Of a stretch of DNA of 64,000 nucleotides, positions 49,463-59,415 are shown piece by piece (position 1 is the first letter of the stretch; each line of letters starts with the position of its first letter). Under the pieces are notes generated by a model that did no database searches, was not told where the DNA came from, and saw nothing but the letters and a program-made list of their open reading frames with translations. A program made the position numbers and the translations under genes. Source of the DNA: a virus; the IMG/VR virus record IMGVR_UViG_3300025154_000049, positions 64,001-128,000 of that record, one strand, 5' to 3'.

Positions 49463-49840
49463 CTATTTCATTCTTAAAACTAGAATTATTCCTGTAACTG
49501 TGAATATTGAGAAGAAGGCATACGAGAATAAAAACAATCCTACGGAGTTTATTAATCCTGAGGATATTCCCCAGAATAGAGACATTATAGGAAAGGCTAT
49601 AAGAGCAATAATAGTATACACTATTCCAACAATCTTATGGGTTCTTATCTCATTTTTTATTCTTATTATTAGTTGTTCCTTAGAAGACCACCCATTTCCT
49701 ACAAACCCTTCCACACTTTTAGCTATGGACAGAATCTTAAAAGCTTTCTCTTCTATTTTCTTTTCGTCTACAATTTTGGATTTCAGAAATTCCATTATTT
49801 CTGCTATTTTTTGTACTACTATTAAAGATAGTTTAATCAT
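49463..49840 (-). CDS. membrane protein
   Basis: two C-terminal TM helices, AGGAG RBS. Confidence 0.7.
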   Translation of the reverse strand: MIKLSLIVVQKIAEIMEFLKSKIVDEKKIEEKAFKILSIAKSVEGFVGNGWSSKEQLIIRIKNEIRTHKIVGIVYTIIALIAFPIMSLFWGISSGLINSVGLFLFSYAFFSIFTVTGIILVLRMK

Positions 49841-49910
49841 TTTATTCTCCTTTTTAATTACCTACCTACATAATATCATAAATGTTATTATTTATCAAGT
49901 GTCTTCGAGA

Positions 49911-50153
49911 TTAATTACTTAACTCTAACATGACTAAAATACTTTCTAGTTCATCTAAACTTTCAAATTCTTTTATTATATTACATCTCCAATCCTTTTT
50001 AATAGTTGATAACACGTCTTCTCTACTTTGACCCTCTAATAAAGTATTTGCTTCCTTATTTAAACCAACATCTAATGCTAAATAAACCTTGTTATCTTTA
50101 AATTCATAAACAACCATAGCATCATTTAACCAACCTGTTAGTAAATAGCTCAT
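49911..50153 (-). CDS. hypothetical protein with MxEL tag
   Basis: ends VMLELSN. Confidence 0.75.
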   Translation of the reverse strand: MSYLLTGWLNDAMVVYEFKDNKVYLALDVGLNKEANTLLEGQSREDVLSTIKKDWRCNIIKEFESLDELESILVMLELSN

Positions 50154-50416
50154 AGTGTCAATTCTTTCATTACATAGTATTTAAATATACATTCTTCAAT
50201 TTCTTCCTTAGCTAGGAAAGACCAATCTATTAGTTGTTCCAAGCTTCGTTTACCATTACCACATTCAAGTAATTTATCTAGTCTTTCATCAGAAATACTC
50301 CAATTATTTTTACCTAAATAACACGACAATATCCCAGACCAAACATTTAATCTATAAAAGGACTTATAATTATAACCATTGTCAAATAAATAATATACGT
50401 AGTCTATAGGTTTCAT
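50150..50416 (-). CDS. hypothetical protein with MxEL tag
   Basis: ends VMKELTL. Confidence 0.75.
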   Translation of the reverse strand: MKPIDYVYYLFDNGYNYKSFYRLNVWSGILSCYLGKNNWSISDERLDKLLECGNGKRSLEQLIDWSFLAKEEIEECIFKYYVMKELTL

Positions 50417-50652
50417 AAAGTTAGTTCCAACATAGTAAGCATGATATTTACTCTATTCTCATCTTCTATTACTTCTCTTTTAATACCCTTTTTAGCCAGA
50501 TATAACATATCATCATAAGATTTTACCCACATTCCATCATCCTGCAATTTTTTATTAGAATAACGCTCAAAGAATACATATTTACCTTTTTCGTAAAAAT
50601 ATGTAGTATGCTTGATTCCTTCTATTATTTCTATAGTAATAAATCTTCTCAT
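50413..50652 (-). CDS. hypothetical protein with MxEL tag
   Basis: ends TMLELTL. Confidence 0.75.
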   Translation of the reverse strand: MRRFITIEIIEGIKHTTYFYEKGKYVFFERYSNKKLQDDGMWVKSYDDMLYLAKKGIKREVIEDENRVNIMLTMLELTL

Positions 50653-50882
50653 TTTATCATCTTATTCAAATTATCTAACAAGGATTTTATAACTGGGTCT
50701 TCATCTCTTTCGTTATCATTTTCTTGAATTAATTCTTTCATCATATCTGTTTTCAGCTTGATATTCTTCTCCCTAATATCGATATAGATATTTATAACGA
50801 GGGGTACCCCAACACAAGCCAATGTCATTATTATATAAACAGCAACTCCTATTCCGAAAGCTTCCATCATCTCCAATACCAC
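50649..50882 (-). CDS. membrane protein, sub-terminal MxEL motif
   Basis: TM then MMKELIQ. Confidence 0.7.
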   Translation of the reverse strand: MVLEMMEAFGIGVAVYIIMTLACVGVPLVINIYIDIREKNIKLKTDMMKELIQENDNERDEDPVIKSLLDNLNKMIK

Positions 50883-51148
50883 TCATCCCAGACTTCTGAT
50901 TCGTCTTGTGTCAATTCATTCATCATTCTTCTCTTAAGCATATCATTTTTGTATTTTCTTTCTTGTATCCAAAAATTAAGCATACTTATTCCCACAGTAG
51001 TAAAACATACTACCCAAGCCCCTATATGAGCTTTTTCACTATGCAGAGAATTAAGATATGCTATTATGGTACAACTAATAACACATTGTATTAAATTACC
51101 GTATTTCTTTATTTTTTCAATTTGTTTTTCGTTGAAAGTTCGTAACAT
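50867..51148 (-). CDS. membrane protein, sub-terminal MxEL motif
   Basis: 2 TM then MMNELTQ. Confidence 0.7.
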   Translation of the reverse strand: MLRTFNEKQIEKIKKYGNLIQCVISCTIIAYLNSLHSEKAHIGAWVVCFTTVGISMLNFWIQERKYKNDMLKRRMMNELTQDESEVWDEWYWR

Positions 51149-51408
51149 GTTTTAATTAATTCTAACTCCTTCTGTTTTTTCTCATAAAGGTATTTAATAA
51201 ATTCCAGAGTATTTTTATCACTTGAAACTATGTTGACGTGAATACCAAATCCATCCGAACAAAATGGTTCGTAGTCATAAACCACATAACTATTGTATTT
51301 ACTTTTCCATTCAACTTTTTCTATACTTGCATTTTCTTGACCCACTAGATTAATCAAATCATCAAGAACTTTCTTATCGGGCACTTCAATTTCTAAACTA
51401 TGTGTCAT
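51109..51408 (-). CDS. hypothetical protein
   Basis: 99 aa, GAGG RBS. Confidence 0.7.
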   Translation of the reverse strand: MTHSLEIEVPDKKVLDDLINLVGQENASIEKVEWKSKYNSYVVYDYEPFCSDGFGIHVNIVSSDKNTLEFIKYLYEKKQKELELIKTCYELSTKNKLKK

Positions 51409-51577
51409 TTAAATACCTCTTATCTCATATACCTTTTTGAATATAAGATATAGGATACGAAAGAATAGCTCCTACTATATGAGGTATCGTTGCGTATCCC
51501 CTACCTATTTATAATACTACCATAAAAAGAGAGAGCCGTCAAGACTCTCACTGTAAATATTAAATTATTGTTACAAT

Positions 51578-51826
51578 TTATTTTAATGTGGCTATTCGGG
51601 AACCATCACTGAAACCAAATTTCTTTTCTTCATTATTCTTAGTTGCTTCTTCGACTTGTCTTTTCTCTGCCTTCTCCGCAAAGAAAATCATTTCGTCTAA
51701 CAACTGTTCCGCATATCCTCCCTCTTTAGCCTCTAGTAGCCACTTTGAAATTTTCTTATCATAAGCTTCAATCTCGCTGGAAGCTCTGAATTCTAATATT
51801 CCTTTTAGAAAATCCGACAATTCCAA
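51578..51826 (-). CDS. hypothetical protein
   Basis: TTG start, AGGAG RBS. Confidence 0.65.
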   Translation of the reverse strand: MELSDFLKGILEFRASSEIEAYDKKISKWLLEAKEGGYAEQLLDEMIFFAEKAEKRQVEEATKNNEEKKFGFSDGSRIATLK

Positions 51827-51832
51827 TCTCCT

Positions 51833-52099
51833 TTAACTATTAATCTGTTTCAATTCTTTTGGAGGATTTTTAAGAGTCTCCAGTTTTGTACTGTATCTGT
51901 TGAAGGGGTGAGAACGAAACACAGTCTTACCTTCTTTAAGTTCTTCCACATTATCTATCTTAGTGAATCTTGTCCAAGTACCATCACTATTTTCATAGAT
52001 AACCATGTCGTCGAGATTTTCTTCTAATCTTGATTTTTCTTCTCCGAGTTTATCCATCTCATCTTTTATTTGTTTTAATCTTTCAACTTTATCTTTCAT
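51833..52099 (-). CDS. hypothetical protein
   Basis: coiled-coil N-terminus. Confidence 0.7.
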   Translation of the reverse strand: MKDKVERLKQIKDEMDKLGEEKSRLEENLDDMVIYENSDGTWTRFTKIDNVEELKEGKTVFRSHPFNRYSTKLETLKNPPKELKQINS

Positions 52100-52240
52100 G
52101 TTCTTCCTCTACTTTTTTGTAGGGTTTGCTTCCGAGCATCTTATGAAATAACCAAGGAGCTAGACCCCAAGGTAAACTTATTTTATAAAATTCACAAAAG
52201 TCCCAAATATATGACCAGATATTATTCTTAAAAGTAAACA

Positions 52241-52540
52241 TTAATCTCTTAATATTCCTATAATATCTCTTTCAGTAATAATCTTATATGGTTTATGGTC
52301 TACTTTTATTTCAACACCAGCCATTCTATTAAATACAACTGTATCTCCTACCGAGACTTCAGGTTCAATTCTAGCACCATTGCTAAGAACTAGACCAGTT
52401 CCTACAGCTATAACTTTAGCTTTCTGAGTTGTTTCTCTTTTATTTGTAGATTCTGGTAGAACAATTCCACCTTGGGAGACAGCTTCGCCATCAAAAGGTT
52501 CAATAATAATTCTATCACCTATTGGTTGTAATTCTGACAT
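52241..52540 (-). CDS. groES: co-chaperonin GroES
   Basis: LQPIGDRIII, GGIVLPE, VIAVGTG, VSVGDTVVF, ERDIIG. Confidence 0.95.
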   Translation of the reverse strand: MSELQPIGDRIIIEPFDGEAVSQGGIVLPESTNKRETTQKAKVIAVGTGLVLSNGARIEPEVSVGDTVVFNRMAGVEIKVDHKPYKIITERDIIGILRD

Positions 52541-52572
52541 AGTAATTTCCTTTCATACTAATATACTTCTAC

Positions 52573-52601
52573 ATTATACCATTTTGTGATTCTATTGTCA
52601 A
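52573..52601 (-). promoter_or_regulatory. sigma70-type early promoter
   Basis: TTGACA-17-TATAAT with TG. Confidence 0.8.
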
Positions 52602-52603
52602 TC

Positions 52604-52993
52604 CTATAATTCTTCTATCTTTAGTTTAAATTTTTCTTCAAACCAATCAGCAAATATTCTTCTATGACAAAATTTATTCTTACCCTCATAGCAAAGAAAA
52701 AGATAAAGAGTTTTCTCCTTGTGCATTTGTTTTATTATATTTAATACTGCTCTGCCATCAGTAGAAGTTTCAAAATATTTTTCAATTCCTTTTATATACA
52801 TTTCTTTAAATTTATCTTTATTTATTGCTTCTGCTTTATGTAGATTAAATAAGGTTTCAGAAGGGTATAAACAGGGAAGTTTCCTAGCTTTATCTGTAAT
52901 TTCTCCTCTAGGGAAAGTCCTAGAAATTATAAATAATATTGTTTCTTTTGGAAATTTTCTCCAGTTAGCGTAATAGGATGTACAGATAGTCAT
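52604..52993 (-). CDS. DUF488-family protein
   Basis: TSYYA...ISR..P, LYPS, LCYE...FCHRRI. Confidence 0.8.
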   Translation of the reverse strand: MTICTSYYANWRKFPKETILFIISRTFPRGEITDKARKLPCLYPSETLFNLHKAEAINKDKFKEMYIKGIEKYFETSTDGRAVLNIIKQMHKEKTLYLFLCYEGKNKFCHRRIFADWFEEKFKLKIEEL

Positions 52994-52996
52994 GGA

Positions 52997-53245
52997 TTAG
53001 TCCTTATGAAATTTATTACAATTACCACAATATTTATGTTGTACGTCCATTGGATGATAAGAAGTTTTATTGCAGATTAGACAAGTTATCCTAGGCATAA
53101 ATCTTAGGGTAGAACCTGCCATATCTATGAAATATGTTTTTTTATTTTCCACAGCTCTTCTCCTAGGAATATTATATATCCACGATATTAGATATAAAAA
53201 TGATATAGAAAATATTAATAAGAATAGTATAAAACTAGATATCAT
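52997..53245 (-). CDS. membrane-anchored zinc-finger protein
   Basis: TM + ITCLIC..TSYHPMDV..KYCGNC. Confidence 0.7.
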   Translation of the reverse strand: MISSFILFLLIFSISFLYLISWIYNIPRRRAVENKKTYFIDMAGSTLRFMPRITCLICNKTSYHPMDVQHKYCGNCNKFHKD

Positions 53246-53445
53246 GATACTAACTCCCTTAATGTCATATAAGATAAGAAATGGTCTTCATCTATTTCCT
53301 CTAACGACGTATAGGCTGATTTCATTGGTATACCAGAATGCTCCCAACTATGTTTAACTTCGTCCCAAAAGTATAGAAATCCAGTTGGAGAAGTCCTATA
53401 ATAGGAGGAGCCTAAATTAGTTGTATATTTAAAATATTTAGCCAC
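53242..53445 (-). CDS. hypothetical protein with MxEL-type tag
   Basis: ends TLRELVS. Confidence 0.75.
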   Translation of the reverse strand: MAKYFKYTTNLGSSYYRTSPTGFLYFWDEVKHSWEHSGIPMKSAYTSLEEIDEDHFLSYMTLRELVS

Positions 53446-53728
53446 TCACAAGTTCTCTCATTATTTTTAATTTTTCTATATCATGAGTATTGTCTATTAT
53501 TTTATAACCCATGTGAACTTCTAAAAAATTTCTTTTACCATAATTTTTAATATCACCGTTATGATTAATTATATACCAACCATTAGATGTATAGTTTCCA
53601 GTATAACTACTTACATTACATTTAATTAACCTAGCTAAATAATTTCCTTCTATCTTAATTATCATGACTTTACCATCTGGGTCATGAACTAAGTAGAAAG
53701 GTTTTCTTCTAAGACTTTCATCAGGCAT
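53438..53728 (-). CDS. hypothetical protein with MxEL tag
   Basis: ends IMRELVSG. Confidence 0.75.
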   Translation of the reverse strand: MPDESLRRKPFYLVHDPDGKVMIIKIEGNYLARLIKCNVSSYTGNYTSNGWYIINHNGDIKNYGKRNFLEVHMGYKIIDNTHDIEKLKIMRELVSG

Positions 53729-53987
53729 TTATATCACCTACTAATTCTTTCATAGCATGATAAGCTCGTATCTCATCTTTACACTGTTCTCTTGTAAGTT
53801 CTACAACGTGTCTATCTCCGAGAGGAGGAACACTATGAAAAGAAGTACACCAGCCGTTTAAATCATAACGATACATCATAGTATCAAATATCTTAGGATA
53901 CTTTTCTCGGTCGTCTGGATAAATCATATAATATTCCCAGATACCCCAGATGGTACAATATCTTTTACAGAATCTAACTCTGTCCAT
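53721..53987 (-). CDS. hypothetical protein with MxEL tag
   Basis: ends AMKELVGDINA. Confidence 0.75.
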   Translation of the reverse strand: MDRVRFCKRYCTIWGIWEYYMIYPDDREKYPKIFDTMMYRYDLNGWCTSFHSVPPLGDRHVVELTREQCKDEIRAYHAMKELVGDINA

Positions 53988-54504
53988 CTTTTTTCTTTCT
54001 AGTTCTTTTAGGCTTAGGAGGATTATCTCTTTTCCAAAGATACTCTGACAAAGAATAATAATCTCTACAGTATACTTGGTCTGGGTCTATTTCTTTCTTT
54101 TCACAATCTTTTATAAATTCTTTAATACAATTTTCATAAAATTGAAATTCTCTGGGATATTTCTCTTGTTTATATCTAAACATTTCTATGTGGGTGGGAA
54201 TTTTAACATCTATTGGTTTTGCATCCATTATTATTTCCACTTCGACTATTTCTAGTTCATCTGCTTTGTAATAATGAGTAGGAGTAGCATAGTCAGCATT
54301 ATACCACTCAGTAGAGTTATGTCTTACCCATTCTGCATGTTCAGGAGTCATAGACATCCAACAATTTATATTGTCATTATCCACTTCTAGGATATATTGA
54401 AATTCTCCACAGAAATCTCCTCCTTCGTTAGAGGATAATCTTACTTTTAAGAATTCGTTCTTAGCTTTATGTCTTAATCTATATTCTTTCACGGTTCCTG
54501 CCAA
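53974..54504 (-). CDS. hypothetical protein
   Basis: STEWYNADYATP motif. Confidence 0.75.
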   Translation of the reverse strand: MAGTVKEYRLRHKAKNEFLKVRLSSNEGGDFCGEFQYILEVDNDNINCWMSMTPEHAEWVRHNSTEWYNADYATPTHYYKADELEIVEVEIIMDAKPIDVKIPTHIEMFRYKQEKYPREFQFYENCIKEFIKDCEKKEIDPDQVYCRDYYSLSEYLWKRDNPPKPKRTRKKKDGQS

Positions 54505-54600
54505 TCTTCACAAAACTCTTGTTCTGGGTCAGTAACATTGTCGCCCACAGAACAAGTACCATCTAAATAGTATTTACAATTTTTACAACAAAGTTTCATA

Positions 54601-54807
54601 CTATTCCTTGTAAGTAATAAAGAAAGTTACGATATAGGAGTTAGCTTGATTGTAAGGAGATTTAATTCCTTCTATATTACTTTGTATTCCCAGTATCGAT
54701 TCCTCTGGGATATTAAATCTAGTTAATATTTCGTTCAAAGTCTCCGTAAGATTTTCATTATTAACATGATTCTTTACATTTACCGCTTCTTTTACAACTT
54801 TAATCAC
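54601..54807 (-). CDS. hypothetical protein
   Basis: 68 aa. Confidence 0.6.
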   Translation of the reverse strand: MIKVVKEAVNVKNHVNNENLTETLNEILTRFNIPEESILGIQSNIEGIKSPYNQANSYIVTFFITYKE

Positions 54808-55076
54808 AGGGTCTCCTCTATTAATTCACTCATAACTCTTTGTACATCACGTTTTTCATATTGAGATGCTTTGATATCTACTACCTCATCGAGAATTCCA
54901 TACATCCACATTTCATTAAACAAGTCTAATCCATAATAATCGAGCTGGTATCTCATAGCTTCTGCTATGTGTTCTTTTTCTCTTGGAGGAAGAGTTTTAT
55001 AATCTTCAGAGAAACTATTCATATTACTTATTGTGATTAACGGTAACACTATAACTAAACATCTCCGATAGAACAA
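54804..55076 (-). CDS. hypothetical protein with MxEL tag
   Basis: ends VMSELIEETL; start likely MNSFSE. Confidence 0.7.
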   Translation of the reverse strand: MFYRRCLVIVLPLITISNMNSFSEDYKTLPPREKEHIAEAMRYQLDYYGLDLFNEMWMYGILDEVVDIKASQYEKRDVQRVMSELIEETL

Positions 55077-55210
55077 ACATTGCTAAGAAGGGATGTAAGT
55101 TAAAATAATGGAATAGTCCATTTACTGTTAAACCATTAAAACTTAAAGTACTGTCAAATGCTATTATCAACAATAAGATAAACATTTTTACTCCTTTTAA
55201 TTAGTACTCT

Positions 55211-55687
55211 CTATAGTATAATAGCTACGATACTAAATGTCAATACTAAAACTATAAATATTAAGATAAGTGAAGCTATAATTTTAGCAGGTTTATTTTC
55301 TATTCTATAATCTTCCTCTTCTACCACAATATGTCCTCTGACCTCCTCGGCATGTTTTCTTTTTTGTTCCAATATATCTAAATGTTTTTGTTCTAACTTA
55401 TAAGTAGTTACAAAATATCTAGTATCACCTTTGCCCTTACAGACAATAACAATATCCTTGTTTCTACATTTAACTTTATATATTCTAGTTGTCTTACCAA
55501 ATCTATTTATTAATTCGGCATTCCCAGTATCAATCTGGGAGAACATATCATCAATGTCTAATTTAGATAAATTGATTCCGTGTCTTCCTTGAAATCGATT
55601 CATAAGGTGAAGAAGTCGATTTCTTTGGGGGGTCTTATCCTTATTAGCGAATAAGTACTGTGAATTTGTTTTTCTCTTGTTGCTCAT
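55211..55687 (-). CDS. tail-anchored hypothetical protein
   Basis: H...RF..RHGI...FVTTY fold, C-terminal TM. Confidence 0.7.
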   Translation of the reverse strand: MSNKRKTNSQYLFANKDKTPQRNRLLHLMNRFQGRHGINLSKLDIDDMFSQIDTGNAELINRFGKTTRIYKVKCRNKDIVIVCKGKGDTRYFVTTYKLEQKHLDILEQKRKHAEEVRGHIVVEEEDYRIENKPAKIIASLILIFIVLVLTFSIVAIIL

Positions 55688-55731
55688 GATACCAACTCTT
55701 TCATATATAAAAATCTACCTATTTCTTTCAA
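55684..55731 (-). CDS. 15-aa mini-ORF consisting only of the MxEL tag
   Basis: TTG-KEIGRFLYMKELVS-TGA, overlapping both neighbours by 4 nt. Confidence 0.5.
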   Translation of the reverse strand: MKEIGRFLYMKELVS

Positions 55732-55964
55732 GCTGTTAGCTCCCTTATCATTTTTACAGAATCTATAAAGATTAGACATTCTTCTTCTGTTATTTCATTA
55801 ACATACATATCGGGAATATAATTAGATATAGTCTTTTCAATATTATTTATAAAACACCACTCTTCATATTTAAAGTTGTAAAAATAAAGAAACTTATTAT
55901 CTCCATATAATTTATAGAAGACTTCAGGATTCGCTTTACTTTTAAAATATTTTATATGACTCAT
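55728..55964 (-). CDS. hypothetical protein with MxEL-type tag
   Basis: KYFK...EITEEE...MIRELTA. Confidence 0.75.
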   Translation of the reverse strand: MSHIKYFKSKANPEVFYKLYGDNKFLYFYNFKYEEWCFINNIEKTISNYIPDMYVNEITEEECLIFIDSVKMIRELTA

Positions 55965-56263
55965 CCGATTAGTTCATTCATAGCTAATAAACTGTCTATC
56001 TCTTCTTCTGTTATTTCATACATATCGTCGTTATCTATTAAACTGTTTATAAAACATTTATACAAGTCTTTACTAACTTCATTGTTGTATATTTCAATAC
56101 CACATCTTTTACCTTTGACATAATATCCAACACCGACCCATTCGTCTGTTTTGGGATTAAAGACTATAGCCACTTTACTATTCGTGGCAGGTTCATAATA
56201 GAATTTACTGTTAAACTCGTCCCTTTTAGGAATATGATTAAGTTTTATCATTATCTTCTCCAA
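55961..56263 (-). CDS. hypothetical protein with MxEL tag
   Basis: EITEEE...AMNELIG. Confidence 0.75.
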   Translation of the reverse strand: MEKIMIKLNHIPKRDEFNSKFYYEPATNSKVAIVFNPKTDEWVGVGYYVKGKRCGIEIYNNEVSKDLYKCFINSLIDNDDMYEITEEEIDSLLAMNELIG

Positions 56264-56603
56264 ATAAATATCTTATTGGAATTTTAACAGCATCCGCTAT
56301 ACCTTCACGTATTTTATTTAATTGACTGAGTTCAAAAAAGTTTTCTTCTTTAGGTTTGGATACTAATTCTACCATTACAAGAACAGCTTCTATTTCCTCT
56401 TCGGTTAGTTCAAAAGTAGTCAATGGATTAGCTTGTAAAAAATTTACAAACTCGTAATCCATATAAGATGACCTACACCATTCACCGTCTTTAAGAATAC
56501 ATATTGTATTAGAAGTACGAAAGTTAGCCCCACATCTTCTATAGAAGACGGGACTATCTTCATCATTGTTATATACACTTTTATAATATTTATATTCTTC
56601 CAT
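56238..56603 (-). CDS. hypothetical protein, internal MxEL motif
   Basis: ELTEEE...VMVELVS plus extension. Confidence 0.75.
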   Translation of the reverse strand: MEEYKYYKSVYNNDEDSPVFYRRCGANFRTSNTICILKDGEWCRSSYMDYEFVNFLQANPLTTFELTEEEIEAVLVMVELVSKPKEENFFELSQLNKIREGIADAVKIPIRYLFGEDNDKT

Positions 56604-56754
56604 TAAATTTAGTTCTCATCTTATTATTCAGAATCCAATTCTTTTCTTACTTTTTCTACCAAGGGTTTAACCAAGTGATACACTCCCATCTTCTTAGCCA
56701 TTGATTCTAATTCACTTACTAAAACTCGGATAACTCTTTCTAACTTTTCTACGT

Positions 56755-57021
56755 TCATCCTATTAACTCCATCATACTTTGTTGTACTATACATTCTTCT
56801 TCAGTTATAAGCTCTGAGGTATAACTAGAATGATAATGTTTATTATATCCAGCCTCTGCTAATAAGTCAAACAAATTATACCACTCAAAACAAATAGCCC
56901 ATTGTTTACCCGTCCATACACGAAATATACTTTTATGGATAGTTGGGGTATATTGTATTAATTTAATCTTATTTATTTTATAATCTACCATAGTAACTTT
57001 AAAATATTTAACCACAGACAT
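56755..57021 (-). CDS. hypothetical protein with MxEL tag
   Basis: ends SMMELIG. Confidence 0.75.
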   Translation of the reverse strand: MSVVKYFKVTMVDYKINKIKLIQYTPTIHKSIFRVWTGKQWAICFEWYNLFDLLAEAGYNKHYHSSYTSELITEEECIVQQSMMELIG

Positions 57022-57116
57022 TAGTTGCTACCTAATAATTTTATTAAAAATAACATTCCTACAATACATGCCATCATACCCAACATCTGTAATGGTACTA
57101 AGATTAATGCTTCCAT

Positions 57117-57323
57117 TTATTCTTTCTCCAATTCTTTTGTTATATTTTCTAAGAGTTCTGAGTCCTCTATATTAAACACATTTCTTTTAGGGTCGAGATT
57201 AGAAATTATTTGTCCGACTCTCAGATAGGGATGCTTGCGTTTGTACTGTCTCAATTTATTGAACAGTTCGTCTATCTTCTCTTCATTGAATCTAAAGTTG
57301 TAATCTTCTTCGTGTTTTTTCAT
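57117..57323 (-). CDS. hypothetical protein
   Basis: HPYLRVGQIISN...FNIEDSELL. Confidence 0.7.
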   Translation of the reverse strand: MKKHEEDYNFRFNEEKIDELFNKLRQYKRKHPYLRVGQIISNLDPKRNVFNIEDSELLENITKELEKE

Positions 57324-57640
57324 TCTTCACAAGCTCCGTTTTCCCAGTCGGCTATTATTAGTTTACTTCCAACTTTATTTTTGACACAAGTACTTGTATG
57401 AGATTCTGTATAGACATCTTTATCGGTAGCTATAACACAGTAATCTCCATCTAGGAAAGAACGACCATAGGTTATAGACTTAACAATTTCTGGATAAGTT
57501 CTTTCTTTTAATATTAGACATTCTTTAGGCACGTGCTCTATCCCGAAATTGTTAAGTCTATAACCTAATAGAAAAAATATTAACCCAAGTATAACACTAG
57601 CTCCACTGTCATCATTTCCGATATTTCTTTTAATTCCCAT
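57320..57640 (-). CDS. membrane-anchored hypothetical protein
   Basis: N-terminal TM, AGGAG RBS. Confidence 0.7.
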   Translation of the reverse strand: MGIKRNIGNDDSGASVILGLIFFLLGYRLNNFGIEHVPKECLILKERTYPEIVKSITYGRSFLDGDYCVIATDKDVYTESHTSTCVKNKVGSKLIIADWENGACEE

Positions 57641-57702
57641 AGTATTTCTCCTTTTATATAATCATAGCATAATTATAACAATAAGTAAAGTATTTATTAA
57701 GA

Positions 57703-57993
57703 TTAATTTACAAGTTCCTCCATACTACGGACAGCAACCATTTCGTCTTCAGACATTTCAAATACCATGAAATCGTTCCAGAACCAATAGAAATTCCCTA
57801 GAGTTTTACTTCTTTCAAAGTCGTGGGGCTTATCAAAAGTTTCACTAAGGTTTACATAGTGTTTTTGTTCTTTTCCAGTTATAAAAATATTTTTATAAAA
57901 GCCATGTTTATGTTGGACGTAATAGTATTTATCGTCCCGCATGTCATACTTATAACCTTTTTCTTTACTGTCGTCAGAATATATTCTTATCAT
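57703..57993 (-). CDS. hypothetical protein with MxEL tag
   Basis: ends SMEELVN. Confidence 0.75.
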   Translation of the reverse strand: MIRIYSDDSKEKGYKYDMRDDKYYYVQHKHGFYKNIFITGKEQKHYVNLSETFDKPHDFERSKTLGNFYWFWNDFMVFEMSEDEMVAVRSMEELVN

Positions 57994-58220
57994 GAAGTTA
58001 GCTCCTGCATAGCTAAATAAGCAAAGTATTCTTCTTCTGTAGCTTCCCTGTATTGACCATAATAGTGTTTTAATAATTCTTCTAGGGTATAGCTGTTACT
58101 TTTATGTAAGTAACCTATTTCATTTGCATAGTAGAGTCTGCCATCCTTTTCAACATAAAATTCAAAATATCTGGCACCTTCATCAATAGGGAAGTCTTCT
58201 CTTATCCTAGCATATCTCAT
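57990..58220 (-). CDS. hypothetical protein with MxEL tag
   Basis: ends AMQELTS. Confidence 0.75.
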   Translation of the reverse strand: MRYARIREDFPIDEGARYFEFYVEKDGRLYYANEIGYLHKSNSYTLEELLKHYYGQYREATEEEYFAYLAMQELTS

Positions 58221-58549
58221 GATATTAATTCTCTCATCATTAATAAAGAACGTAACTCTTCTTCTGGATTATCCGTTTCTGGTTCGTAAAGAACTCCCTC
58301 ATATTTTTGACATTCGTGTGGATGATTACTGTCATGAAGATAGCATTCCCAATTGTCTTCATTTATAAATTTGAAAGTTCCTGTCTGATGCCAAATACCA
58401 TTATAGTCTCTCTTAGACTCTATTTGATAAGAAACTAATTTGAGTCTTTTTATTAAGATGGCTTTTTCAAACTCTTCATACAAAAGATAATATGTTTTAT
58501 TATAATCAAAGCTCCAAGCCTTTCTTAATAAGTCATCTATCTTTTTCAT
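58217..58549 (-). CDS. hypothetical protein with MxEL tag
   Basis: ends MMRELIS. Confidence 0.75.
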   Translation of the reverse strand: MKKIDDLLRKAWSFDYNKTYYLLYEEFEKAILIKRLKLVSYQIESKRDYNGIWHQTGTFKFINEDNWECYLHDSNHPHECQKYEGVLYEPETDNPEEELRSLLMMRELIS

Positions 58550-58779
58550 TTTGTAAGTTCTTTCATATATCTTCCTAAGTCTACTTTAGCATTTATCTCT
58601 TCAGAAGTCAATCCCCTATCAATAAGTTCTTTTTCTATAATCTCATAGTAACATTCTAAATCATAGTACTCTCTATTCATATAAGAACTCATACCAGATA
58701 ACTCATTATCTATCCAAACTAAATCAGATAATAAACTATCACTTGTCTGTTCTTCTATGTCTTGTAACATATTAGGCAC
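58546..58779 (-). CDS. hypothetical protein with MxEL tag
   Basis: ends YMKELTK. Confidence 0.75.
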   Translation of the reverse strand: MPNMLQDIEEQTSDSLLSDLVWIDNELSGMSSYMNREYYDLECYYEIIEKELIDRGLTSEEINAKVDLGRYMKELTK

Positions 58780-59317
58780 CTATAAGTTCTTCCATAGCAT
58801 GAAGACTTCTTAGAGCATCCTCGAATTTACAATATATTCTAGGAAGAGTCTTTATAAAATTAAAAACCTCAGACCCAGCTAAACTTGGATGACTAAAAGC
58901 ATAATCCCAACTATTCATATACCTGTCATTATTTCTACCAGTATAATATTCTATATTTTTACCATAAGAATCAAACCTAACTAGGTAATTTTTATCTTTA
59001 ATGTTAGCTAGAATATACTCTTCTCCAAGACCTAATTTTCTAGCAATATCATGTTCACATTCTACCCTATAGTATATATTCCAAATGTTATTAATGCCAG
59101 ATAACCATTCATCTAATTCTTTAGAAGTCTTGTTAGGTTTATAAATATTATCCATAGTACTGTCCCTATCGATAGAAGTATCAGAGACATTACCCTCTTT
59201 ATCATATAAATAATGAGATGCAATAGCAGAGAACTCAAGACCTTTTTCATTCTTAATTAATTCGTAGTATTCTTGGTCTACTGTGTATATGTTATGTACT
59301 ACACGAGAACTTTTCAT
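58772..59317 (-). CDS. hypothetical protein with MxEL tag
   Basis: ends AMEELIGA. Confidence 0.75.
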   Translation of the reverse strand: MKSSRVVHNIYTVDQEYYELIKNEKGLEFSAIASHYLYDKEGNVSDTSIDRDSTMDNIYKPNKTSKELDEWLSGINNIWNIYYRVECEHDIARKLGLGEEYILANIKDKNYLVRFDSYGKNIEYYTGRNNDRYMNSWDYAFSHPSLAGSEVFNFIKTLPRIYCKFEDALRSLHAMEELIGA

Positions 59318-59415
59318 TAGTTAGTAAGCTCCAACATCATGTATGTCCGACCAATGTATAGTAGCTTCGATGGGTTCCTCATATTCTTCTTCGTTATTAA
59401 TCATAGCTTATCTCC

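Noticed and set aside
663-58020. Plus-strand ORFs in the track other than 15517..15828
   Set aside because: They are antisense shadows of well-supported minus-strand genes, without RBS or protein-like composition.
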